NCBI GenBank assembly: GCA_963715985.1
Contig: CAVQSP010000008.1
Span: 32,001 to 96,000 of the forward strand
Length of the DNA stretch: 64,000 nt
Source: an uncultured Thermoleophilia bacterium
GTDB lineage: Bacteria; Actinomycetota; Thermoleophilia; UBA2241
Direction: 5' to 3'
Shown here: one piece after another, positions 51,979-59,716 of the stretch
Numbering within the stretch: the stretch's first letter is position 1
Layout: the number at the start of each line of letters is the position of its first letter
Program-made: the position numbers and the translations under genes
Notes under the pieces: generated by a model
Told to the model about the DNA's origin: nothing
Seen by the model: only the letters and a program-made list of their open reading frames with translations
Database searches by the model: none

Positions 51979-52624
51979 ATGGCGAGCACCGAAGGCATCC
52001 ATTGGCTGGGTCACGACTCGTTCCGTATCGACGGGTCCGTGACGATGTACATCGATCCGTGGAAGATCGGACCCGGCGCCCAGCCGGCGGACGTCATCCT
52101 CGTGACACACGATCACTTCGACCACCTCAGCCTGCCCGACATCGAGAGGCTGGCAGGACCGGCCACGGTGGTCGTGGGTCCGGCGCCGGTGACGGCGCAG
52201 GTGCGCGGGCACAAGACCGTCACTATGGCCGCCGGCGACGCCGTGAGCGTGGGCGGGGTCGGGCGTGACGGCCGTCCCCGCCTACAACACGAACAAGTTC
52301 CGCGAGCCCGGCCGCCCCTACCATCCGCAGGAGGCCGGCCACCTGGGCTACGTCGTGGAGCTGGACGGCCGTCGCATCTACCACGCCGGCGACACCGACG
52401 CCATTCCCGAGATGGCCGGCGTCATCTGTGACGTGGCGCTGCTCCCCGTGAGCGGCACGTTCGTGATGACCGCCGACGAGGCCGCCACGGCCTGCGGCAT
52501 GATCTCGGCCGGTGTGGTGGTGCCGATGCACTACGGCACCGTGGCCGGAAGCGCGGAGGACGCCGCGCGTCTGCAGCAGGTGTGCGGCGTACCGGTGGTC
52601 GTGCTGCCCAACGAGAATCCCTGA
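51979..52624 (+). CDS. MBL-fold metallo-hydrolase; frameshift near 52260
   Basis: IHWLGHDSF, YIDP, THDHFDH | AVPAYN, YHAGDT, ALLPVSG, PMHYG. Confidence 0.85.
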
Positions 52625-52678
52625 GCGGCGGGCGGGCGCAGCGCCGCCCGCCGCACGCCGTGAGCAGAGGAGGAGCCG

Positions 52679-53023
52679 ATGAAGGTCGTCCGCGCGGTGC
52701 CCACCGAGAGCTTGTCGGAGAAGCTCAGCGTGCAGCGTCTCAGCCCCGCGCTGGGACTGCGCAACCTGCGTGCCAGCGTGTTCACTCTTGCCGAGGGCGC
52801 CATGTCGCGACACCTGCACCGCGAGCAGGAAGAGGTCTACCTGGTGCTCGACGGGACGGCGATGATCGACGTCGACGAGCGCCAGTTCAAGGTGGGGGAG
52901 CGCGAAGTGCTCGCGGTGCCGCCGGGCGCCTGGCACCGGGTATCCAATGTGGGAGAAGGGCCGCTGACGTTCTTCGTCACCGCGGCCCCGCCGTCCGAAG
53001 GCGACGCCCAGCTGGACGGCTGA
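52679..53023 (+). CDS. cupin domain protein
   Basis: HLHREQEEVYLVLDG, VPPGAWH.V.N; GAGGAG RBS. Confidence 0.85.
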   Translation: MKVVRAVPTESLSEKLSVQRLSPALGLRNLRASVFTLAEGAMSRHLHREQEEVYLVLDGTAMIDVDERQFKVGEREVLAVPPGAWHRVSNVGEGPLTFFVTAAPPSEGDAQLDG

Positions 53024-53053
53024 CGGCGAGCGGGGAGGCCCGCGCCCAGCCCC

Positions 53054-53266
53054 CTACTCGTCCACCCACTCCAGGATGACGGCCTCCTCGGGGCACGCCT
53101 CCTCGGCGCGCTCAACGGCCGCCCACAGCGTCTCGTGGGGCTCGGGCTCGAGCACGTCCGGGAGGCCGTCGCCGCGCATGAAGAAGACCTCGGGGCACAC
53201 GGCCTCGCAGGCTCCCACGCCGGTGCAGCGCTCGTAGTCCACGCTCACTCTCAGCTTTCGTGTCAT
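53054..53266 (-). CDS. single-cluster ferredoxin (3Fe-4S type motif); probably leaderless
   Basis: CTGVGAC...CPEVF...ACPEEAV; TACACT 6 nt before ATG. Confidence 0.88.
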   Translation of the reverse strand: MTRKLRVSVDYERCTGVGACEAVCPEVFFMRGDGLPDVLEPEPHETLWAAVERAEEACPEEAVILEWVDE

Positions 53267-53376
53267 GAGCCGAGTGTACATCCTGGGGCGCGGGCGCAGG
53301 CGGATGGTCGGTTTCCGCTGCCGGTCTCTTGGCAATCAACCGTCTACGTGGGCCCTGGGTGCCGGAGGGACTGGTG

Positions 53377-53609
53377 ATGATCTTCGAGGGTGACATCGCG
53401 CCGGACGAGACCCTCGTCACGAGAGAAGCTGAGCGCGTCGACCTGCGCGTGGACGGCGAGGAGCGGACGGAGGAGTCCGCGGCCCGCGACTCCCCGCACT
53501 TCAAGCTGGTGCGGCGACAGCCGGCGCGTGGTGCGTCGGGCGTTGCCGGCCATCCCGCCCGACGGGCGCGCAGGACGTGCTGGAGGCCGCACGCGAAGTG
53601 TGGGGCTGA
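53377..53609 (+). pseudogene. decayed BCP/PrxQ paralogue lacking the catalytic region
   Basis: MIFEGDIAPDETLVTREAERVDL aligns with MLKEGDKAPAVTGTSYDGRTVDL, and AQDVLEAAREVWG* aligns with AAQVLADCREIWG* of the next gene; the middle is deleted and frameshifted. Confidence 0.65.
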
Positions 53610-53651
53610 GGGCCGCAGGGCTTCTCAGCCTGAAAGCGAGAGGAGGGACGC

Positions 53652-54101
53652 GTGCTGAAGGAAGGCGACAAGGCGCCCGCCGTGACCGGGACGTCCTACG
53701 ACGGCCGCACCGTCGATCTGGGAGCTCCCGGCAAGAGGACGGCACTGTTCTTCTACCCCAAGGCCAACACCGGGGGCTGAACCACCGAAGCCGTTGAGTT
53801 CAACGGCCTGCTGAGCGAGTTCGCGACGCTGGACGTGCAGGTGGTCGGAGCGAGCGTCGACAAACCGGCCGCCAACGAACGCTGGGCGCAGAAGTACGAG
53901 CTCAAGATGCCGCTGATCAGCGATCCTGGAGAGCACACCGTGGCTGCCGCGTTCGGAGTGGCGCGGCCGATGGTAGGCGTGGCCAAACGGACCACGTGGC
54001 TCATCGACCCCGACGGCACGCTGCGCAAGATCTACCCCAAGGTGACGGCCAAGGGGCACGCCGCGCAGGTGCTCGCCGACTGCAGGGAGATCTGGGGCTG
54101 A
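53652..54101 (+). CDS. bcp: selenocysteine-containing peroxiredoxin (BCP/PrxQ family), TGA 53778-53780 read as Sec
   Basis: GAGGAGG RBS; MLKEGDKAP...LFFYPKANTGG-TGA-TTEAVEF...VVGASVD...PLISDP...KRTTWLIDPDG...YPKV...GHA; TGA sits at the Cys of the PxxxTxxC motif. Confidence 0.88.
53790..53807 (+). promoter_or_regulatory. SECIS-like hairpin
   Basis: GCCGTTG-AGTT-CAACGGC perfect 7-bp stem, loop 16 nt after the TGA with G in loop position 2. Confidence 0.7.
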
Positions 54102-54133
54102 CGTCGGCGGAGATGGGTGGCGGCAGCCGCCGT

Positions 54134-54175
54134 GTGAGACGGCCGGAGCGCCTCGGGGCGCTCCGGCCGTCTCAC
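54134..54175. terminator. long perfect hairpin between convergent genes
   Basis: GTGAGACGGCCGGAGCGCC-N4-GGCGCTCCGGCCGTCTCAC; no U tract. Confidence 0.6.
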
Positions 54176-54182
54176 GCACGGA

Positions 54183-55187
54183 TCACTCCTCTCCGCCGCC
54201 GTCGCGCCGGCCGAGGTAGGCCGGCGCGTCGATCATGAAGATGCGCGCGGACCAGCTCTCGCCGGCGGCCGTGGCGCGTTCCGCGTCGTCCACGGCCGCG
54301 ATGCGCGCCGTCATGTCGTCGCAGTAGTGCACGATGATGGCCTCGCGCGTCTGCGGCACGACCGGGCTGCCCTTCTCCTTCATGCCGTGGTGGGACACGA
54401 TGATGTGGCGCAGCCGTTTGGCAGTCTCGGCGGGAAAGTCCGGGACCTCGGTGATGAGGTCGCGCACCATGTCGTGGCCGATGACGATCTCCCCGTGCAG
54501 CCGGCCGGCGTCGGTCATGAGCGGCGCCATGGCGTCGCTGGTGTAGGCCTCGATCTTGCCGATGTCGTGCAGCAGGGCGCCGGCGACCACGATGTCGCGG
54601 TTCACGGTGTCGAACTGCGAAGCAACACCCCCGGCTGTCTCCGCGACGATGATGGAGTGCTCGAGCAGGCCGTGCCGGTACGCGTGGTGGTTGCGGACCG
54701 CGGCGGGTGCGACGAGGAACGTGGCGCCGGGCTCCCTCGAGCCGTCGAAGGCGCGCTCGAGGAGCGCCCGCAGGTGCAGGTCGGCGACCGAGTCGACGAG
54801 CGCCACCAAACGCTCGCCGAGCTCCGCCACGCTCACGGGAGAGACGGGCACCAGGGCGCCGGCGTCGTACTCGTCAGGCTCGGCGAGCCGCAGGCGCCGC
54901 AGCTGGATCTGGGCGCCGTACTGAGGGTGGACGCTGTAGGTCCCGCCGGCGATGACGACGTCGCCGGCGCTGATGCCCAGCGCCTCCTCGGACGGGTCGA
55001 AGTGGATGCCTGCCACCTCGCCGCTGGCGTCGCGCAGCTTGAGCCGCAGGTACGTCTTGCCGTTGCGGTCGGTGGCCGCCGTCATCTCGGAACAGGTGAA
55101 GTACGTGTCCACGGCCTGGCCGCTCTGCAGCTCGGCGATGGGCACTCGCGGCATCGCGGCCGCAAGGCCGCTGAGTTCGTTCAGCAT
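54183..55187 (-). CDS. yhaM: OB-fold plus HD domain 3'-5' exoribonuclease (YhaM/Cbf1 family)
   Basis: NGKTYL.LKL.DASG, APAA..NHHAY..GLLEHS, LLHDIGK, G.LHGEI, HIIVSHHG..E.GSP. Confidence 0.85.
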   Translation of the reverse strand: MLNELSGLAAAMPRVPIAELQSGQAVDTYFTCSEMTAATDRNGKTYLRLKLRDASGEVAGIHFDPSEEALGISAGDVVIAGGTYSVHPQYGAQIQLRRLRLAEPDEYDAGALVPVSPVSVAELGERLVALVDSVADLHLRALLERAFDGSREPGATFLVAPAAVRNHHAYRHGLLEHSIIVAETAGGVASQFDTVNRDIVVAGALLHDIGKIEAYTSDAMAPLMTDAGRLHGEIVIGHDMVRDLITEVPDFPAETAKRLRHIIVSHHGMKEKGSPVVPQTREAIIVHYCDDMTARIAAVDDAERATAAGESWSARIFMIDAPAYLGRRDGGGEE

Positions 55188-55302
55188 GGGCTCTCCTTGG
55201 TCCCCGTTAGGCTACCAGACCGCCGGGACGGCCGAGGGGGTGCGGCGGGTGGACGTTGTGTGGCGGGGGGGCGGCGCGACGCCCGTGGGGCGGCGCCGCT
55301 GC

Positions 55303-55890
55303 TCAGGCGGGCTTGTCCGGCGTGGGGCGGCGCGTGGACGGCTTCCCGGCGGGGGCGGCCTTGGAGCCGGCCTGGTTCTTTGCGGCGGCGCCCTTGGCGG
55401 CGCCCGGCTTCGCGGCCGCCTTGGGCTTGGGCGTCGCTGCCTTGGGTGAGGACTTCTTCGCGGCCGCGGGCTTTGCCGTCGCCGGCTTCCGGGCCGCCGG
55501 CTTCTTCGCCGGCGCAGGTGGCTCGGCGGGCGGTGCTTCCGCAGCGGGAGCCGCCACCTCTGCCGCCGGCGCGGTCTGCGCGTCGCCGGCCGCGGCCGTA
55601 GCGCTGTCACTCTCGTCGGGCTCGCCGCGCAGGGCCGCGATCTCCAGCTCTTTGTCCTTGAGCGCCCGGCGCGCGTCGTGGAGGGCCGTCGCGGTGTGCT
55701 CCAGGTCGGGGTGAGCGATCTCTCCGCGCTCGATGAGGGCGAAGGTGGCGTGTCCCAACTCGCGCTCCGCCTTGCGGATCTCGTTCTGCAGGACGACGGT
55801 CCGGGTCTGGGCGGCGGCGATCTTGCGGGCGCGTTCGGCGTCGGCGGCGAGTTCGCTCGCTTTGGTCTTGACGGTGTCGAAGAGCCCCAT
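55303..55890 (-). CDS. hypothetical coiled-coil protein with a Lys/Ala/Pro-rich histone H1-like tail
   Basis: MGLFDTVKTKASEL...; AKKPAARKPATAKPAAAKK...; GAGG RBS. Confidence 0.7.
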   Translation of the reverse strand: MGLFDTVKTKASELAADAERARKIAAAQTRTVVLQNEIRKAERELGHATFALIERGEIAHPDLEHTATALHDARRALKDKELEIAALRGEPDESDSATAAAGDAQTAPAAEVAAPAAEAPPAEPPAPAKKPAARKPATAKPAAAKKSSPKAATPKPKAAAKPGAAKGAAAKNQAGSKAAPAGKPSTRRPTPDKPA

Positions 55891-55936
55891 CCCGGCCTCC
55901 TTGTGACGCGCCCGGGTCGCCCGCACGCTGCTGGTC

Positions 55937-56469
55937 TCAGTCTGTTCCTTCGCCGCTGCCCAGTCCACCGTGCGACCGCGTGGCGCCGCGACCGTGGGCG
56001 CCCACGGCGGGCAGGACCAGCAGGCCCAGGGCGATGACGATCACGACCTCGAACGGCAGCGCGTAGCCGCTGATGTTGCGCGCCACGCGCGCGGGCTCGG
56101 ACCACAGGACGATGTATGACTTCCAGGCGGGGTTGTTGGTCATGTAGAGCCCGGTGAAGACGAGGCCGGGGATGAACCAGGGCCAGCTCGGGGCGAGGAA
56201 GAAGCTCAGGCCTGCCGGCATGGTGAGCCACCACACGCCCACGATCACCGCTTTGAGCGGGAAGTGCCGCGCGGCCCAGGCCCCGGGGATGAGGCCGGCG
56301 GTCCAGGCGACGATCGTGAGCGCGTTCAGCAGGCCGACGGTGAAGCGCGAGGCGCCGAGGTCGATCGCGTACACGAAGCGAAGAGTAGCTGCAGGTAGAG
56401 ACCCACACCGAGGGCGAACAGCAGGTTCGCGATCGCGGTGAGGCGAAGGTCGCGGTCGAGGTGGCGCAC
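55937..56469 (-). pseudogene. truncated MFS transporter (N-terminal half only, frameshift near 56378)
   Basis: DRDLRL...NLLFALGVGLY | YAIDLGAS...VG...PGAWAARHF..K; far shorter than a 12-TM MFS. Confidence 0.6.
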
Positions 56470-56644
56470 GGCGTCTCCGGGTCGGGGCCCCGATTCTGCG
56501 GCGCGGGAGGTGCCGGGCGCAGGCGGGGGCGGCGGCGAGGCCCCGCGGGCCCGCCGCCCCGGTTCCCCTGCACCGCCTCGTCGTGCATACTGACGCACTT
56601 CCACATCGCCACGCGCGAGTCCGGAATCTGAGAAAGGGGACACC

Positions 56645-57838
56645 GTGGAGCTGCGCCGCATCGACCGCCTGCCGCCCTACGTCTTCAGCATCGTCAACGA
56701 CATGAAGGCAGAGGCGCGGCGGCGCGGAGAGGACATCGTCGACCTGGGCATGGGCAATCCGGACCTGGCCACGCCCCAGCCCGTCGTGGACAAGCTCTCC
56801 CAGGCCGCGCAGAACGCGCGCAACCACCGCTACTCGGCCTCGCGCGGCATCACGAAGCTGCGCCAGGCGGTCTGCGACTGGTACGAGCGGCGCTTCGACG
56901 TGCACATGGACTCGGAGCGCGAGGCGCTGGTCTCGATCGGCGCCAAGGAGGGCCTTGCTCACCTCATGTGGGTGCTGCTGCGCTCGGGAGACTGCGCCCT
57001 CGTGCCGGCCCCTTCGTACCCCATCCACCAGTTCAGCTGCATCTTCGCCGGCGCCGAGGTCACCAGCGTGCCGTTGACGCACGACACGGCCGACTTCTTC
57101 GCCGACCTCAAGGACGCTTACCAGCGCACCTGGCCGCGGCCGCGCGTGATCCTCGTGAGCTTCCCGCACAACCCGACAGGCCACTGCGTGGACTTGGACT
57201 TCTTCGAGCGCCTCGTGGCCTTCGCGCGCGAGAACGACGTGGTGGTGATCCACGACTTCGCCTACGCGGAGATCGTCTTCGACGGCTACCGGCCGCCGAG
57301 CATCCTCCAGGTGCCGGGCGCCAGCGAGGTGGCCGTGGAGTTCGTCTCGCTCAGCAAGAGCCACAGCATGGCGGGCTGGCGCGTGGGCTTCTGCGTGGGC
57401 AATGCCGAGGCGGTGGCCGGCCTCCAGCGCCTGAAGAGCTACCTCGACTACGGCGTGTTCCAGCCCATCCAGATCGCCGCCATCACGGCGCTCAACGAGT
57501 GTGATGACGTGCCGTCCCAGCTGGCGGCCGTGTACCAGGGACGCCGCGACGCGCTGTGCGACGGGCTTGCCCGCGCCGGCTGGGAGGTGCACAAGCCGCG
57601 CGGCACGATGTTCGTGTGGGCGCGCATCCCGGCCCCGTACCGCGAGTTCGGCTCGCTCGAGTTCAGCAAGGTGCTGCTGCGGCAGGCCAAGGTGGCCGTG
57701 AGTCCGGGCGTGGGGTTCGGCTACTCCGCCGACGGGTTCGTCCGCTTCGCCCTGGTTGAGAACGAGGAGCGCATCCGTCAGGCTGTGAGAGGGATACGCA
57801 AGGTGATCGAGGCGGCACCGTCCGCTGGATCGGTGTGA
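56645..57838 (+). CDS. class I/II PLP aminotransferase (AlaC-like)
   Basis: [73 protein letters not shown]. Confidence 0.9.
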   Translation: MELRRIDRLPPYVFSIVNDMKAEARRRGEDIVDLGMGNPDLATPQPVVDKLSQAAQNARNHRYSASRGITKLRQAVCDWYERRFDVHMDSEREALVSIGAKEGLAHLMWVLLRSGDCALVPAPSYPIHQFSCIFAGAEVTSVPLTHDTADFFADLKDAYQRTWPRPRVILVSFPHNPTGHCVDLDFFERLVAFARENDVVVIHDFAYAEIVFDGYRPPSILQVPGASEVAVEFVSLSKSHSMAGWRVGFCVGNAEAVAGLQRLKSYLDYGVFQPIQIAAITALNECDDVPSQLAAVYQGRRDALCDGLARAGWEVHKPRGTMFVWARIPAPYREFGSLEFSKVLLRQAKVAVSPGVGFGYSADGFVRFALVENEERIRQAVRGIRKVIEAAPSAGSV

Positions 57839-57842
57839 GGAG

Positions 57843-58652
57843 ATGAGCGGCGTGCAGATCGGCGGAATGGCGTTGCGGGACGGCGTCCTGCTGCAGAGTG
57901 ACCGGTACTGGGCCGCCGCCGTGCGCGCCGACGACGGTAGCGTGAAGATCACATCGGGCGCCAAGACTCCCATCCCCGGCCAGGATGCGCTGCGGCATGT
58001 GCCGCTCGTGCGCGGCCTCGCCCGGCTGGCCGAGTCGCTGGCCGTGCTGCCGGCCGTGCGCCGCGCCAGCGGCAAGCCGGTGCTGCCTCAGGAGGACCCG
58101 CGTCTGCTGGCGGCCACCGCCGCCAGTGCCGTGGCCACGGTGGCGCTGCGCGGCACACGCCGCGGCTCGCCACTTCTCAAGGAGCTCGCCGTGGCGGGCG
58201 TCTCCCTGGCGCCGCTCCTGCTGATGCTGCGCGACTCGCGGCTCGCCCGCTACCACGGCGCCGAGCACAAGAGCATCGCCGCCTATGAGGGAGGGGGGGA
58301 TGCCGCGGCGGCCGACAAGGAGCACGCGCGCTGCGGGTCCAACCTGATCGCGCCCATGGTCCTGACGTCCGTGGCCACGAGTCTGGTGTTGCGGGCGGCC
58401 GGCCGGGAGCGGCAGCCGCTGGCGACGTTCGTGGGGGGGCTGGTGAGCATCGGCACCGCCATGGAGCTGTTCTCGTGGATGGCGCGGCACCAGGACCATC
58501 CACTCTCGCGCACCCTGCGGCGCCCGGGTCTCGAACTGCAGCGCGTCTTCACCACCAGCGAGCCCTCCGAGGAGCAGCTCGACGTGGCCGACATGGCCCT
58601 GCGCGAGCTGCTGCGGCTGGAAGACGCGTCACCCGAGCCGGTACACGCCTGA
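57843..58652 (+). CDS. DUF1385 domain protein
   Basis: IGGMALRDGV, PLVRG, YHGAEHKSI..YE, H.RCGSN, PGL.LQ..FTT.EP...QL.VA. Confidence 0.88.
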   Translation: MSGVQIGGMALRDGVLLQSDRYWAAAVRADDGSVKITSGAKTPIPGQDALRHVPLVRGLARLAESLAVLPAVRRASGKPVLPQEDPRLLAATAASAVATVALRGTRRGSPLLKELAVAGVSLAPLLLMLRDSRLARYHGAEHKSIAAYEGGGDAAAADKEHARCGSNLIAPMVLTSVATSLVLRAAGRERQPLATFVGGLVSIGTAMELFSWMARHQDHPLSRTLRRPGLELQRVFTTSEPSEEQLDVADMALRELLRLEDASPEPVHA

Positions 58653-59253
58653 GCCTCGTGCGCGCGCCGCTCGGTGAGGGGTGCGCCTTCGGCGCCCCCC
58701 TCGTTGACCCCGCTGCGCCGGTCAGTGAGAGGTGCGCCTTCGGCGCCCCCCTCGTTGACCCCGCTGCGCCGGTCAATCTGAGAGGCGTGCGCTGGGCGAG
58801 CCGCGCCCGCCGGCGCTCGGCCGCTTCGGCCCAGCGCCTCTTCTGGTCGTCTGTCTGCGGCTCGAGCTTGGGCACCGGGATGGGCCGGCCGCTGCCGCTG
58901 AGCGCCACGAACACCAGGTACGCGGAGTTGGTGTGCGACACCATCCCCGTGGTGAGGTCCTCGGCCTCGACGCGGACGCCGACCTCGAGAGAGGTGGTGC
59001 CGGTGAAGTTGACGTTGGCCATCAGCCGCACGAGGTCGCCCGGCTGCACGGGGTGATGGAAGTCGATACGGTCGATGGCCGCGGTGACCACCGCCGTGCG
59101 GCAGAAGCGGTAGGCGCAGGCGCCGGCGGCCTCGTCGATGAGCTTCATCATGATGCCGCCGTGGATGTTGCCCATGTAGTTGGCGTCCGCCGGCTGCATG
59201 AGGTGAGTGAGGACGAGGCTCGTCTCGCTGCCGCGCGGCAGTGGCTCGTTCAT
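58549..59253 (-). CDS. acyl-CoA thioesterase (hotdog fold, YciA-like); the 3' end may really stop near 58773
   Basis: P.DANYMGNIHGG..MK.IDE, VVTAAID.IDF..PV..GD, G.TSLEVGV.V, AYLVFVAL...GRP..VP, A..RR..R. Confidence 0.88.
   Translation of the reverse strand: MNEPLPRGSETSLVLTHLMQPADANYMGNIHGGIMMKLIDEAAGACAYRFCRTAVVTAAIDRIDFHHPVQPGDLVRLMANVNFTGTTSLEVGVRVEAEDLTTGMVSHTNSAYLVFVALSGSGRPIPVPKLEPQTDDQKRRWAEAAERRRARLAQRTPLRLTGAAGSTRGAPKAHLSLTGAAGSTRGAPKAHPSPSGARTRLRRVPARVTRLPAAAARAGPCRPRRAAPRRARWW
58674..58775. repeat. 51-bp tandem repeat, two copies, one mismatch
   Basis: GTGAG(G/A)GGTGCGCCTTCGGCGCCCCCCTCGTTGACCCCGCTGCGCCGGTCA at 58674-58724 and 58725-58775. Confidence 0.95.
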
Positions 59254-59274
59254 GGAGTCTCCGAAGGGCCGCGG

Positions 59275-59472
59275 CTAGATGTCAAGGCCGCCGGGTGCGC
59301 GCCGCCGTCGGCGATCGCGCACCGTGCGGATGCCCCCGCCGGAGCGATCGTGGCGTCGCTCGCCCTCGCGGCGGTCGACGATGACCTTGACGTTGGCGTT
59401 GCCCTTGTAGTGCTCGACGAGGCGCTGGAACGCTTCGTCGCCGAGCTCGCGCGGTACGACACAGTAGATCAA
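59275..59472 (-). CDS. small (65 aa) Arg-rich protein with DRR/ERR motifs
   Basis: GGGAGG RBS then TTG: MIYCVVPRELGDEAFQRLVEHYKGNANVKVIVDRREGERRHDRSGGGIRTVRDRRRRRAPGGLDI. Confidence 0.7.
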   Translation of the reverse strand: MIYCVVPRELGDEAFQRLVEHYKGNANVKVIVDRREGERRHDRSGGGIRTVRDRRRRRAPGGLDI

Positions 59473-59528
59473 CGACGCCTCCCTGCGATCCCGCTCACGG
59501 TAGCACATGGGCCGGGCGCCTCGCCAGG

Positions 59529-59575
59529 CAAGAAGTGAGGGCCGGGACCGGCCGCTCCTGCCGGTCCCGGCCCTC
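59529..59575 (-). terminator. terminator-like hairpin upstream of the small protein gene
   Basis: 16-bp perfect stem GAGGGCCGGGACCGGC/GCCGGTCCCGGCCCTC (59537-59575) followed by ACTTCTTG on the minus strand. Confidence 0.65.
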
Positions 59576-59577
59576 TG

Positions 59578-59650
59578 AAGGGGGTACCGTGAGTCTGTAT
59601 CGGCAGCCCTGCGCCGGACCTTGAGCCGAAATCTCGCGGCCGTCTGGTAG
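59578..59650 (-). ncRNA. candidate structured RNA element (long bulged hairpin)
   Basis: minus strand GACGGCCGCGAGATTTCGGCTCAAGGTCCGGCGCAGGGCTGCCGATACAGACTCACGGTACCCC pairs GCCG/CGGT, GAG/CTC, TCGGC/GCCGA and GGTCC/GGGCT. Confidence 0.5.
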
Positions 59651-59716
59651 GCTTTCCGGCGGGCAAGTGGAGGGAGGCCGTCGTGACGGCGTCGGCCGCG
59701 AGCGGGATGTGAGGCG

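Noticed and set aside
50545-52431. 628-aa ORF joining the CSD, RG repeats and MBL N-terminus
   Set aside because: It reads through a TAA-ended acidic tail frame and a terminator, and the MBL gene has its own RBS. It is best explained by one indel.
59578-59670. Canonical c-di-GMP-I (GEMM) riboswitch
   Set aside because: GGGCTGCCGA resembles the GEMM 3' end, but the GGCAAA...GAAA...GACGCAAAG core is missing, so it is kept only as an unclassified element.
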